Shown in pieces: positions 7,168 to 16,022 of a stretch of DNA of 64,000 nt. The stretch is taken from positions 1 to 64,000 of IMG/VR virus record IMGVR_UViG_3300009157_000016; one strand, 5' to 3'. The stretch is from a virus. A model generated the notes under the pieces. It was not told the origin of the DNA, did not search any database, and worked only from the letters and a program-made list of their open reading frames with translations. Positions within the stretch are counted from its first letter, which is position 1. Each line of letters begins with the position of its first letter. The position numbers and the translations under genes are program-made.

Positions 7168-7392
7168 CTACGCGGTTTCACCAGAAGCCGATCCCGACAT
7201 TTCTCCACGGATTTCACGCAACAGAACCGGGTCACTCAGCAAGATGCATCGACCGCATAGTTCCCGCACCCGCACCGCCTCACCAAGCAGCAGGCGTAGG
7301 AAGTCTGACGCATTGCAGAACCCATTGCAGTCACGAATGATCACTCCGCATTCCACGCAGCGTCTCTCACCAATCCCATCCCACCCGCTCAT
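7168..7392 (-). CDS. hypothetical Zn-finger-like protein
   Basis: CxxC...CxxC; ATGA-coupled to the upstream gene. Confidence 0.6.
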   Translation of the reverse strand: MSGWDGIGERRCVECGVIIRDCNGFCNASDFLRLLLGEAVRVRELCGRCILLSDPVLLREIRGEMSGSASGETA

Positions 7393-7685
7393 GGGACGTT
7401 CCGCAGGTTCGACTTCCCCTGATCCGGTTGCGGCTCATCCTGGACTCCGGCGTCGGCTCCTCGATCAATCGAGAATTTCATCCCTCCCCGAACCGGATCG
7501 AAGTCGCCAGCCTGATTCCAAGCAGCAGATGCAATCGCCTTGTCAAACTGCACAACGTCGAACACCGCGCTCCGCTCAGTGAGGGTGCGAACGAATGCGT
7601 CACGAACTGTCTTTCTGATCTCTTCGGGACATGCTGCAATTCCCTTGGCGATCACGACATAGTGTCCGGAATCAAACTTCGCCAT
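7389..7685 (-). CDS. hypothetical protein
   Basis: ORF in a tightly coupled minus-strand run; start MAKFD chosen. Confidence 0.6.
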   Translation of the reverse strand: MAKFDSGHYVVIAKGIAACPEEIRKTVRDAFVRTLTERSAVFDVVQFDKAIASAAWNQAGDFDPVRGGMKFSIDRGADAGVQDEPQPDQGKSNLRNVP

Positions 7686-7962
7686 TCCCTTCGGCCTTCC
7701 TCGGTTCTTCACTATCGGTTTCAGGGGAGGTAGACTCATCGCAGATCTCCATTGTTGGAACTTCGCATCTGGCGTGGATCGTCAGAGCTTCTTCATCCAC
7801 CGTTTGCTGGATGATCTCTTCGTCCTCTCCCAAAGGATCACCGCAATGGGCGCAGAGGGCTCCTGCTAGGAACCTTCGCATTTGCCGGAGCATTGCTTCC
7901 AGTTCTCGCTCCCTATCCTCCCGCCGGATTTTCAGAAGCAGTTCTTCCACTCGTCCCGCCAT
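7672..7962 (-). CDS. hypothetical protein (CxxC...HxxC)
   Basis: ORF overlapping both neighbours; GAGG RBS. Confidence 0.6.
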   Translation of the reverse strand: MAGRVEELLLKIRREDRERELEAMLRQMRRFLAGALCAHCGDPLGEDEEIIQQTVDEEALTIHARCEVPTMEICDESTSPETDSEEPRKAEGNGEV

Positions 7963-8176
7963 TTGGTTCCTCGTTGCTTGGGAAGAGGACGCTCTCACAG
8001 AGCACGATTGTTTCTTCGTGTTCTGCAAGCGGTGGCGTCCCGAACCTATACTTGACCTTGTAGGATGGGAGGCCGTCGTCAGGACAGACGTTGTGGTAGC
8101 AGACTACTTCCCCTTTCCAGTATCCGGCCGTCCCTATGATCGCTACCTTGTCTCCCGTCTTGAACTTCGGCTTCAT
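7913..8176 (-). CDS. hypothetical SH3-like protein
   Basis: Starts MKPKFKTGDKV, typical of KOW/SH3-like small phage proteins. Confidence 0.6.
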   Translation of the reverse strand: MKPKFKTGDKVAIIGTAGYWKGEVVCYHNVCPDDGLPSYKVKYRFGTPPLAEHEETIVLCESVLFPSNEEPNGGTSGRTASENPAGG

Positions 8177-8466
8177 GTGTCTTCCTCGAATGGGGTGAAG
8201 CTTCCGTCGTCAAGGACGCGGAGCCAGAGTTCGGGTTTGTTCTCGGAACTGAGGACCCTATCCCATCCCACCATCCAGTTCCGGTTCCCGGCGTCTTCTT
8301 CGCCGAAGTCGTCGAGGTAGATTTCGATGGTTGACCGGAAGGCGTCCTTGGATACTTCGACGTAGTATCCGCTCAGCCCTTCCACCGGGACGTAGACCTT
8401 GTCCATCTCCTGCAATTCTTCGAGCAGATCTTGCAGGTGGGACTTTTCAGACTTTATCCTTGTCAT
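8173..8466 (-). CDS. hypothetical acidic protein
   Basis: 97 aa; coupled ORF. Confidence 0.65.
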   Translation of the reverse strand: MTRIKSEKSHLQDLLEELQEMDKVYVPVEGLSGYYVEVSKDAFRSTIEIYLDDFGEEDAGNRNWMVGWDRVLSSENKPELWLRVLDDGSFTPFEEDT

Positions 8467-8692
8467 AGATTAGTTCCTCTTCGTGGTAGATGCGGACCAG
8501 TCCTGGATGGTGCGATACGACGATCTCCGCTTCGTAAGGATAGCGGGCCAGATCCATCAAGGCGTGCTCAGCTCGGCCGAGCTCAGTCCAGTGTTCTGGC
8601 TTCGCTTCTAGGCCCAGCTCGATGACGCGCTCTCGAGCGTTCTTCCAATCCTCGAGCGCGTCAAGTATCTGTCTTGTCTTTAGCTGGATCAT
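8447..8692 (-). CDS. hypothetical protein
   Basis: 81 aa; GAGGAGG RBS. Confidence 0.65.
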   Translation of the reverse strand: MIQLKTRQILDALEDWKNARERVIELGLEAKPEHWTELGRAEHALMDLARYPYEAEIVVSHHPGLVRIYHEEELIYDKDKV

Positions 8693-9119
8693 GGAACCTC
8701 CTCAGCGCCGCTTCCAGCACTTCCTTGGAATGCGGTTCTGTCACCACGTCGTCGATGACGGTGATCGTCTTCTTTGGCTCACCGTGTTCTGTCCAATCGT
8801 CCCGATCGTAGATCTTCCTGTCTCCTGCAAACAGGACTTGGACCTCAGTGCCGCATCCTGGACAGGTCATGTTGCTGTCAAGGTAGACCTTGAAGCAGGC
8901 GGGACAGATGATCCTATTCCCCGGTTCCTCTACCTGCGGCATGTCCTCACACCTGATCTTGCAGTTGCAGTTCCGCGCCATGAACCGGCAGTATTGGAAT
9001 GGTGTGCCAGAATCAATTCCCATGTGGCGTGCTCCTTCTATCCAGCAGTAGCAGAAGTGCAGCGGCATCCTGCACTTCTCACAGTAGGTGTATTTGTTCT
9101 GATCGTGGTAGCTAGTCAT
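8661..9119 (-). CDS. Cys-rich hypothetical protein
   Basis: Multiple CxxC motifs. Confidence 0.65.
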   Translation of the reverse strand: MTSYHDQNKYTYCEKCRMPLHFCYCWIEGARHMGIDSGTPFQYCRFMARNCNCKIRCEDMPQVEEPGNRIICPACFKVYLDSNMTCPGCGTEVQVLFAGDRKIYDRDDWTEHGEPKKTITVIDDVVTEPHSKEVLEAALRRFHDPAKDKTDT

Positions 9120-9273
9120 ACTCCATCCATTGCCTGCCGCAGCGCCGGCACCACCACTGCCACGAATGATGGACGGGCCAGCAGCGATGATAGGGAACGT
9201 GGTTCGTTTCGCAGTGACGGCGCTCCCGCCACTTCCTCCACGCCCTGCGGAAGTCCCTGAGGAACTTCTTCAC
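9112..9273 (-). CDS. small Trp/Cys/His-rich protein
   Basis: GTG start coupled to the upstream stop; ...HCE...WCRRCGR. Confidence 0.45.
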   Translation of the reverse strand: MKKFLRDFRRAWRKWRERRHCETNHVPYHRCWPVHHSWQWWCRRCGRQWMEYD

Positions 9274-9479
9274 GTCTTTATCTCCCCGTGCAGCATCAGG
9301 AGGTAGGTGCGGCCGTTGGACAGCACGAGATGCAGCTCGCCCTTGTGCGGTAGGAAATAGACCGTGGCATCTGCGTCACCAAGATCTACCATCCCCTCAG
9401 GACGATGCTTCTTGTCAGTCGGTATCCAAGGAACGCCTTTGGCGAGGCATTCCAGATAGTATCTGAGAGCTTCGATCAT
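9270..9479 (-). CDS. hypothetical protein
   Basis: 69 aa coupled ORF. Confidence 0.6.
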   Translation of the reverse strand: MIEALRYYLECLAKGVPWIPTDKKHRPEGMVDLGDADATVYFLPHKGELHLVLSNGRTYLLMLHGEIKT

Positions 9480-9595
9480 AGAAGCACCCCTGCGATGATT
9501 GTTACGAACCCGGTGAGGACGGAACCAATGACTACGCCAAGCACGAAGTAGAACTTGGCGACTTCTATGTCCGTCCCCGTGACTAGCAGTTTCAT
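9476..9595 (-). CDS. small membrane peptide (39 aa)
   Basis: MKLLVTGTDIEVAKFYFVLGVVIGSVLTGFVTIIAGVLL; coupled at both ends. Confidence 0.55.
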   Translation of the reverse strand: MKLLVTGTDIEVAKFYFVLGVVIGSVLTGFVTIIAGVLL

Positions 9596-9930
9596 TATCT
9601 GTCCTCCAATCTCACGCGCACCTTGTCAGACGAAGCTTCCAGCCGCAGCTCGTCCAGCGCTGCTTGCAGCGTCTCATGGCGGGCGACGAAGTTGTCCACG
9701 GCTGCCTGCTCTGCCTTCGCCTTCTCATGGCTGATCATCACGGCTCGAACTTCCTCCAGCGCGCCCCGCGCAGTCGTGCGCCGGCCCTGATTGTCCACGT
9801 AGCGCGGCAAGGATAGGCTCTCAGGCAGGCGCGCGAACAGAGGCTCGAACAGACCGTTGATGTCTTGCTGGAGCTTCGCGAACGCCTTCCGGCGGATGAT
9901 CCCGTCTACTGTCTCTGTCTCAGTGGTCAC
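9595..9930 (-). CDS. hypothetical protein with C-terminal RVRLE tag
   Basis: 111 aa; ends KVRVRLEDR. Confidence 0.7.
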   Translation of the reverse strand: MTTETETVDGIIRRKAFAKLQQDINGLFEPLFARLPESLSLPRYVDNQGRRTTARGALEEVRAVMISHEKAKAEQAAVDNFVARHETLQAALDELRLEASSDKVRVRLEDR

Positions 9931-10507
9931 GTCTTTTACCTTTCAGGTCGTAGTGATCGCGAAACCAGTCAATGCCCTTCTCTTTGTAGACCCCGCGCCA
10001 CAGATGGCCTTTGCGGAACAGGACATAGAGATCCCAGTCCTTGTCGTCCAGGATCTCTTTGAGGAAGGGATACAGCTCATCGTAGTTCTCAAGGACGTCC
10101 ATCATGGTGTCACCACCGCACCACGGCGCTTTGGTCGTGCTGGAGCCTCGGTAGTTGAGAACCCATTCTTTCTCTTCACGGGTAGCGCGGCGCAGGATCT
10201 TCGCATCCCGCCCGGTCTCTTCATTGAGTTTGCGCTCGCCCGTGGGCACGATGCGGCCTTCACACTGGAGAGTGTTGACGGCACCTGAGATTGGATCTTG
10301 ATAGAGGGTCTCACCACGGCGCTTTGCGCGGCGGATCATCTCAATGGTGAGATCCCATAGCGTGCATGGTTCAATGTCAAGAAAGACGCTCCACACATCC
10401 TCCTTGAAGGCCCGCTTTAGATTTCGGGCTGCTTCACGAGATGTCTCAGGCCCGACGCTGCGGGCGTAGCTGTCATATGTCTCCCGGTCCCTGTTCGCCA
10501 CCGTCAA
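9920..10507 (-). CDS. hypothetical protein, possible HTH
   Basis: 195 aa; TSREAA... and GRIVPTGERK winged-helix-like segment. Confidence 0.6.
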   Translation of the reverse strand: MTVANRDRETYDSYARSVGPETSREAARNLKRAFKEDVWSVFLDIEPCTLWDLTIEMIRRAKRRGETLYQDPISGAVNTLQCEGRIVPTGERKLNEETGRDAKILRRATREEKEWVLNYRGSSTTKAPWCGGDTMMDVLENYDELYPFLKEILDDKDWDLYVLFRKGHLWRGVYKEKGIDWFRDHYDLKGKRRDH

Positions 10508-10727
10508 GCTCCTTCATGGGCAGCACCCCCTGATCGGATGGGGGATTGGGGTACACCCTGACGCAGCCCTTGCGGCGGATGAGGCCGAAGGATCTGCCGT
10601 CAGAGAACGTCACACCCATAACATACCCGAGAGGCTTTGATCTCATGTAGTCAAGATAGTCGCCGCCAGCGCGAACTTGCCCCCACAAGTCAGGATGGTC
10701 GGCGTCAAGGATGAGGCGAAACTTGGC
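10473..10727 (-). CDS. hypothetical protein
   Basis: ORF fills the gap between coupled genes; start uncertain. Confidence 0.5.
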   Translation of the reverse strand, partial: AKFRLILDADHPDLWGQVRAGGDYLDYMRSKPLGYVMGVTFSDGRSFGLIRRKGCVRVYPNPPSDQGVLPMKELDGGEQGPGDI

Positions 10728-11301
10728 CAAAGGCTGGTACTCCTGCAATGGTCTTGTCGAATTCTGTGCGGTGGCACATGAAGCCGCGAAGCAGGATGAG
10801 GGAAGCAACTGGCGGATCTGCGTCGATAGCGGCTACGTCGGTGAACTGCACGAACTCAGACGGGTGCCAGTTCGAGACGTGCGCCTCAGACAGCACTCCG
10901 CCGGCGTCGTTCTGGATGTAGCCGTAGGGCACCACGATCATGATGTATTCGCAGCGGTAGAGAAAGAAGTGGATCAGGTCGACCGCTTCTGACTTGTACA
11001 TGTGCTCCAATACGTCACCAAATATCACCATCGACCACCGCTCGTTGATCCCTTCGTGCGTGCCCATGTGGTCGTAGATATCGTGCAGTCGCACTTCGTC
11101 ATAGATCTCCGTCAGCTTGAATCGCTTGACGTAGGCTTCCTCCTTCTCATAGGCCACGCGCCGGCACTGAGCGCCCCTGATGGACTTGAGCATGGTCCCA
11201 TACTTGCCCATGCCCGCGCCTACGTCCAGCGCCGCCGTGGGCTGCGCTGCGGTGATGATTTGGGCAGCGGCCAAGTCAAACAGGCTCCACGATGTCGGCA
11301 T
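10705..11301 (-). CDS. class I SAM-dependent methyltransferase
   Basis: ALDVGAGMGKYG motif I; FGDVLEH motif. Confidence 0.85.
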   Translation of the reverse strand: MPTSWSLFDLAAAQIITAAQPTAALDVGAGMGKYGTMLKSIRGAQCRRVAYEKEEAYVKRFKLTEIYDEVRLHDIYDHMGTHEGINERWSMVIFGDVLEHMYKSEAVDLIHFFLYRCEYIMIVVPYGYIQNDAGGVLSEAHVSNWHPSEFVQFTDVAAIDADPPVASLILLRGFMCHRTEFDKTIAGVPAFGQVSPHP

Positions 11302-11302
11302 G

Positions 11303-11620
11303 TCACAATTCCTTTCCGATAACGAACTCTTGGAAGGCGAGGCTGGGGCGCACACAGTGGGCCACTAGGTAGTGCATGTACCCATCGGGCCATTCCCAGC
11401 CTTCGTAGAAGAACGTCGAGCTGCCGTTGTGAGCGCCGCACAGGCGGCACGTTGAGAAGCCTCTGTAGGTTCGCATTGAGCCGCCGCGCTTCTTGCGAAG
11501 TATATCCTCTAAGCCAGCAAGGGCTGAGATGAGCTCTTGCTGCCCATCCCACGGTTTGCCCATGATGGGCTCCGGCAACTGCGGGTGATGGCGCTCCATC
11601 CAAAAGCCTTCGCGAGGCAT
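11303..11620 (-). CDS. phage hypothetical protein
   Basis: YRGFSTCRLCG...WEWPDGYMHY; coupled ORF. Confidence 0.7.
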   Translation of the reverse strand: MPREGFWMERHHPQLPEPIMGKPWDGQQELISALAGLEDILRKKRGGSMRTYRGFSTCRLCGAHNGSSTFFYEGWEWPDGYMHYLVAHCVRPSLAFQEFVIGKEL

Positions 11621-11874
11621 CAGTCCCACTCCTCGTGTTTGGCGGGTTTCGTGTCCCACTTGGCCAACTGAGAGCGCTCGTACTGCTTGCGGCGCTGCTC
11701 ATCCGGGTGGCCGGGCTTCCAGTCCTCAATGCCGTAGTTGTCAACTTCGAAGACACGGGACTTCGCATAGCGGTTGAGACTCATCGGCCGGTACCGATAA
11801 GCCCCGGTTGCCATGTTGAACTGGACTTCGAACTCGCTCTGCACTGTGGTAATGTCAATCCAGTCGTCGTCCAT
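11620..11874 (-). CDS. hypothetical protein
   Basis: MDDDWID start with GGGGG RBS. Confidence 0.6.
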   Translation of the reverse strand: MDDDWIDITTVQSEFEVQFNMATGAYRYRPMSLNRYAKSRVFEVDNYGIEDWKPGHPDEQRRKQYERSQLAKWDTKPAKHEEWD

Positions 11875-12130
11875 CGTCACCCCCTGCTTCGTAGTCAACG
11901 AAGAAGATCTGACCGGTTGCCGTATCCGCTCCGTACTTTCGGTCCTCCGGTAAGCCATGCTCCAACGCTGCTTGACGGACCCAATGGTGCGGCGGCGCTG
12001 GCCGCTCTACAATGGTCTGACCCTTTGCAAGGTCCATGCTGATCGTAGGGCCGCGTTTCGCCGCTTCAATCCGTTTCGTTTGTTCAGGTGTGAGACGCTT
12101 TCCCGTATCCGTCAACTTTGGCGTAGCCAT
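11855..12130 (-). CDS. hypothetical protein
   Basis: GAGG RBS; coupled ORF. Confidence 0.6.
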   Translation of the reverse strand: MATPKLTDTGKRLTPEQTKRIEAAKRGPTISMDLAKGQTIVERPAPPHHWVRQAALEHGLPEDRKYGADTATGQIFFVDYEAGGDDGRRLD

Positions 12131-12134
12131 GATC

Positions 12135-12584
12135 CTATCCTCGCACACTTCGCCTGTACATCAGGCCGTCCACCATGACCATCTGCTTCGCCTCAACCCA
12201 TTCGCGCAGTTTGACGGCCTTGCCTATGGCGTGGTCTTCAAGCTTAGGATGAGATATACCGGCGAGCTGGCAAAGGTGTTCTATCTGCAACACCATGTCA
12301 GCCAATTCTTGGAGCCGATCAAAGGTGTCGCCCAGCGGCTTCATGTTGGAGGGATAGACGCCGGCCTTCTTGGCTTCGTTGTAGATGGCGTCCATGACGT
12401 GCTTGAGAATGTCGGCAGGCGGCAGACCAAAGATCAGCGCCAGCTCCACCGCCTCCTCAAGCATACGGCCGGCTGAGCGCGCATGAAGATGCGACTTGCG
12501 AATGTTGTCGTACTGCTTGGGGTCCACGAATCGTACGGTTTGCTGGATGTGTAAGCCAAGGTCATTCATGGTGGGCTTCGGCAT
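12135..12584 (-). CDS. MazG-like nucleotide pyrophosphohydrolase
   Basis: RMLEEAVEL ... QELADM acidic motifs (ExxE/ExxD). Confidence 0.65.
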   Translation of the reverse strand: MPKPTMNDLGLHIQQTVRFVDPKQYDNIRKSHLHARSAGRMLEEAVELALIFGLPPADILKHVMDAIYNEAKKAGVYPSNMKPLGDTFDRLQELADMVLQIEHLCQLAGISHPKLEDHAIGKAVKLREWVEAKQMVMVDGLMYRRSVRG

Positions 12585-12606
12585 TCTTACCTCCTACCTG
12601 TAGAGA

Positions 12607-12638
12607 GGGCCGGGGTGTCGCATTCCACCCCGGCCCCT
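12607..12638 (-). terminator. hairpin terminator
   Basis: AGGGCCGGGGTG...CACCCCGGCCCCT inverted repeat after the small basic gene. Confidence 0.55.
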
Positions 12639-12641
12639 AGT

Positions 12642-12800
12642 TCACCGGCGGTCCCGCTTGTCGCTGCCGCCGCTCTTGCCGCCCTTGTGCGCGGTGTCCA
12701 TCTGCCGGTCCTGATAGCCGGCAGGGCTGCCAGACTTCTTCTGGCCGCCAGCGGGCTGCTTGCCCTTGCTCTCCTTGCGCCTGTCCTTGTCTTTGGCCAT
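12642..12800 (-). CDS. small hydrophilic Gly/Lys-rich protein (KGG stress-protein-like)
   Basis: MAKDKDRRKES...AHKGGKSGGSDKRDRR; AGGAG RBS. Confidence 0.65.
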   Translation of the reverse strand: MAKDKDRRKESKGKQPAGGQKKSGSPAGYQDRQMDTAHKGGKSGGSDKRDRR

Positions 12801-12851
12801 TTCTGCTCTCTCCTTCTGCCCGAAGCGCGGGCCACGCAAGCGGATGATCCG

Positions 12852-13511
12852 CTATTCTGTTGCGTAGGTCACCAGAAGCGGCCGACGCCGTGGTGCCTCA
12901 CTGAAATCGTCCCGGTCCATTCCATAGGCCCACATGAGGTCTACAGGCGAACGATAGTAGCTCAATTCGTTGAGATTGAGCGTGAGAATGCGTGCAGCAC
13001 GCGAATTATGGGCGATTTCCTTGTTTCTGCCCTCGATATGGCGGTCAACGGTGGTCAGAAACACGTTCTTTTTGTGCCCTCTCGTGCCCAATCTCTTGCG
13101 GAATCGCACTAGCTGATCACGAATCGCGGTGGAATTCGCCACGGATTCGGTGACTCCTTTGAGCGATTCAGTCATCCCAATTTTCATAGCCTCAATCAAA
13201 TCCGCCTTGTCCAGCTCCTTTCCGCACCCTGCGAGGGCCGAATCGAAGGCTTCGACCAGCACTTTCATGTACAGCTCTTCGGCTGTCTTGAAGGATTCCT
13301 CATCCTTGTTGCCGGTGGTGTCGTAGATGTGACGGGAATCCGGGTCCATGAGGATCCGGTATGCCCGGTTGATTTCAAGATAGGCGTCTTCGTCGCCCGT
13401 GACCTTGTTGTCAGGGTGCAGGGCCTTCGCCTTCTTGCGGAACGCCTTTTTGATGACTGTCTCAGTCGCGTCTTCGTCGACTCCTAGCAGCTCGTAAAAT
13501 TCCTTTGCCAT
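12852..13511 (-). CDS. DnaJ (J-domain) protein
   Basis: FYELLGV...IKKAFRKKAKALHPD...EINRAYRILMDP; HPD motif intact. Confidence 0.9.
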   Translation of the reverse strand: MAKEFYELLGVDEDATETVIKKAFRKKAKALHPDNKVTGDEDAYLEINRAYRILMDPDSRHIYDTTGNKDEESFKTAEELYMKVLVEAFDSALAGCGKELDKADLIEAMKIGMTESLKGVTESVANSTAIRDQLVRFRKRLGTRGHKKNVFLTTVDRHIEGRNKEIAHNSRAARILTLNLNELSYYRSPVDLMWAYGMDRDDFSEAPRRRPLLVTYATE

Positions 13512-13526
13512 TGCCTGCCTGCCTAC

Positions 13527-13835
13527 CTAGTGTCTCTGCGGCCTCATGACCATGCGCGCCGGATTGAGCGGTGCCGCCTCACGGCTGAGCCCTGCGGCGC
13601 AAAGCTCGTCATACGTCGCTTGATGCCCGCCAGCGCACTCCACCTCCACGTAGCGGATCACGCTATGGTCGTAGGGCGGGTTCCAGCTCGTGAACATCTC
13701 CACGGCTTGGTCCACCGTGTCAAATACCGGGACCGACTCCTGCCCGGCGTCCTCCACGAAGGAGAAAAACGCGAGGCCCAAACCCGTGCCGACAAAAACC
13801 CCATCGGTCGGATGCACTGCGACCAGCTTCTTCAT
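13527..13835 (-). CDS. hypothetical protein
   Basis: 102 aa; GAGG RBS. Confidence 0.65.
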   Translation of the reverse strand: MKKLVAVHPTDGVFVGTGLGLAFFSFVEDAGQESVPVFDTVDQAVEMFTSWNPPYDHSVIRYVEVECAGGHQATYDELCAAGLSREAAPLNPARMVMRPQRH

Positions 13836-13864
13836 GATTAGGGAACCCTCAGTTGCCTACAGAC

Positions 13865-14488
13865 CTATACGGTTCTGGCGGCGTTCTCAAGCCTACGAAA
13901 TATCGTCACCATACGAACCCGGTGATTGGTAGATTTGACCATCCCGATGTAGGCTTCAACTGCCCACTCATCCTTGCGATACATGGGCAGCACTTGATCC
14001 AGCCAGACAAGGTGAGCGCCGGCCTTCAACTTGCGCGCCAAGGTGCGGAGAACGGTGTTCCGGTTGATCATGGATGCCTGATAGTGCTCCGCGTCCTCAA
14101 CGCTGTAGGGCGGATCAGCCAGAACAAGGTCTATCCCGTCAAAAGGCACCAAATCCAGCGATTCGGCGTTATCCACGTAGTCAGGACACCTATCGGGGTT
14201 GATATCCACCGTAATTCCGGGGAATTCGTCAACATTCACCGCCCCGGCGAACAGATGCAGGCACTTTCGCTTGTCAGGAAACATGCATCTGACCCGCCGT
14301 AGGTAGGTTGGCGGGTATCCACCGTAAAAGCCGGATTTCACGCTGTAGTCGTTCCCCATGACCCAAGTTCCCACGATTCGGCCGTCTCCAGCCAAGAATA
14401 GGCTCTCAGGGAAGCCAGATCGGGCCGAATAGCACGAAATCCGGTCAGAAGGGGTCAAATCTAGCCGAATTCGCCGAATTCCGCTCAT
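13865..14488 (-). CDS. putative DNA N6-adenine methyltransferase
   Basis: LHLFAG (motif I) and DLVLADPPY (motif IV). Confidence 0.7.
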   Translation of the reverse strand: MSGIRRIRLDLTPSDRISCYSARSGFPESLFLAGDGRIVGTWVMGNDYSVKSGFYGGYPPTYLRRVRCMFPDKRKCLHLFAGAVNVDEFPGITVDINPDRCPDYVDNAESLDLVPFDGIDLVLADPPYSVEDAEHYQASMINRNTVLRTLARKLKAGAHLVWLDQVLPMYRKDEWAVEAYIGMVKSTNHRVRMVTIFRRLENAARTV

Positions 14489-14799
14489 TTTCGCGGTTCT
14501 CCACGTCTTTTTGTGTTGTACGGCTCATTATACTTCTGCATCCCCTCAATATAGGAATTGAGCGGGCCAAGAATGGCGAAGCCGTCCATGAAGGGCAATC
14601 TGCCGTATTCCGTGCGGCTAAGGTTGGTCGCAGCGCACGCAAGCAGGACCCCAAACTCAGGATGGCCGGCAAAAGGCAGAATGTCGTCAGTGAGCGGCAT
14701 CCTGACCTCCATCCTTGCGCCGTTGCTGAGCGTGAGTGTGGTAAGCAGTTCCCGTTCCTTGTATTCCGCTTCGGGCAGCGGTTTGTATTCTGCTCTCAT
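14485..14799 (-). CDS. hypothetical protein (weak resemblance to Mu gp41-type chaperones)
   Basis: 104 aa; TLTLSNG..EVRMP..D pattern. Confidence 0.55.
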   Translation of the reverse strand: MRAEYKPLPEAEYKERELLTTLTLSNGARMEVRMPLTDDILPFAGHPEFGVLLACAATNLSRTEYGRLPFMDGFAILGPLNSYIEGMQKYNEPYNTKRRGEPRK

Positions 14800-15005
14800 A
14801 CCAGCCCTTTCTCCTCCGCTAAGTCCTGCGGCATGGTGGCAATGATGATGGTGCCTTCACGCGTCTGCTTCTTAACCTCCCACTCCACCGGTTCCTTGGG
14901 AATCCAGACCGCCGTAGCGCGCACGCCGTCAGTTGAGACGAGCAACGCCTTGGGGCGCTCAAAGTGGAGGCACAGTTCCAGGTCGCAAAGGTTTGATCTA
15001 GCCAT
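14796..15005 (-). CDS. hypothetical protein
   Basis: KALLVSTDG...VWIPK pattern common in small phage proteins. Confidence 0.65.
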   Translation of the reverse strand: MARSNLCDLELCLHFERPKALLVSTDGVRATAVWIPKEPVEWEVKKQTREGTIIIATMPQDLAEEKGLV

Positions 15006-15012
15006 GTTGCAC

Positions 15013-15390
15013 CTATACCTTTCTCAGCTCTCGGTTTAGCCGCTTCTTTAACGTGTCGGCAAGCACACCGATCTCCTCAGCCCATTCTGTGAGGGTTTTA
15101 GTTCTACCGTCAAGCGTCACCAGTCGATTGCGGCGCGTGTTTCGAGCTTGTTGGCGTGCGGTTGCCCAATGGCAATTCTTTTTGAAGTAGCCGCGTTCGT
15201 TGTTCTTTCGCTCAAGGGTTAGGCCGTGCGGGGCCTCACCCATGTCAGCTAGGAAGTTTTCAAAGTTGTTCCAGCGCTCACAAATCACTAGGCCGCGCCC
15301 GCCGTAGTCCTTGAACTTCGGGTGATTGGGATTGAGGCACCGCTGCCGCATGTTAAGCCAGCAACGGTAGGTTCTGGTTTCTTGTGCCAT
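15013..15390 (-). CDS. HNH homing endonuclease-like protein
   Basis: WLNMRQRC.NP...YGGRG..ICERW..FENFLADMG...TLERKNN..GY..NCHWAT. Confidence 0.85.
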   Translation of the reverse strand: MAQETRTYRCWLNMRQRCLNPNHPKFKDYGGRGLVICERWNNFENFLADMGEAPHGLTLERKNNERGYFKKNCHWATARQQARNTRRNRLVTLDGRTKTLTEWAEEIGVLADTLKKRLNRELRKV

Positions 15391-15412
15391 GCACAATCAT
15401 ACCGTTCGGGAT

Positions 15413-15439
15413 AAAAAAAAAGCGGCTTCGCAGCCGCTT
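15413..15439 (-). terminator. Rho-independent terminator
   Basis: AAGCGGCTGCGAAGCCGC followed by a 9-T run on the minus strand. Confidence 0.8.
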
Positions 15440-15492
15440 CAAGTTCTGCCTCGGGGTGATAGGATGAGGCAGTTCGCAGGGAGGAGGGAACA

Positions 15493-15768
15493 TCAGAGCT
15501 TGTTGAGGTCCTCCTGAATACCTTCGAGGACCTTGTTCACGCTCCGGTTCATGCTCATGCCGAGAGCAACACCGACACGCTCCTTGATCCGTGCAAGCAC
15601 GGTAGCGTTGTCTTCGGCCACCTCGGCTTCGGCAGGGGCGGCGGCTGCGGCTGTGGCAGCGGTCTTTGCCTGTTCAGGCGTCTTCGCTGCCGCAGGACTT
15701 GCCTTACCGCCCGGTTCGGGTGTCTTGGCTGCGCCCCCTGCGGCGGCAGCCGTTCCCTGTTCGCTCAT
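15493..15768 (-). CDS. Ala-rich hypothetical protein
   Basis: MSEQGTAAAAGG; GAAGGA RBS. Confidence 0.65.
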   Translation of the reverse strand: MSEQGTAAAAGGAAKTPEPGGKASPAAAKTPEQAKTAATAAAAAPAEAEVAEDNATVLARIKERVGVALGMSMNRSVNKVLEGIQEDLNKL

Positions 15769-15811
15769 GCTATGTCCTTCCGTTTGTTGGTGCTTCGGTG
15801 TGGAGCTGGTC

Positions 15812-16000
15812 TCAGCCGCTCGAGCCGGGCCGCTGCTGGCCGGGAGCCTTGCCGGCCTCACGCTCGCCTTCGTCGGTCTGGCGCTGGTCCTGACCGGGCT
15901 TGCGGGAGGGATCCTCCTTGCCCTGCTCACCGGGCTTCCGGCGGTCCACGTTTTCCTTGTCCTGCGACTGGTCGCCCTTGCCTTTGTCGTGCTCACTCAT
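15812..16000 (-). CDS. small hydrophilic disordered protein
   Basis: 62 aa, Gly/Gln/Lys/Asp/Arg-rich; AAGGA RBS. Confidence 0.65.
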   Translation of the reverse strand: MSEHDKGKGDQSQDKENVDRRKPGEQGKEDPSRKPGQDQRQTDEGEREAGKAPGQQRPGSSG

Positions 16001-16022
16001 TGGTAGTTCCTTTCTTCGGGTT

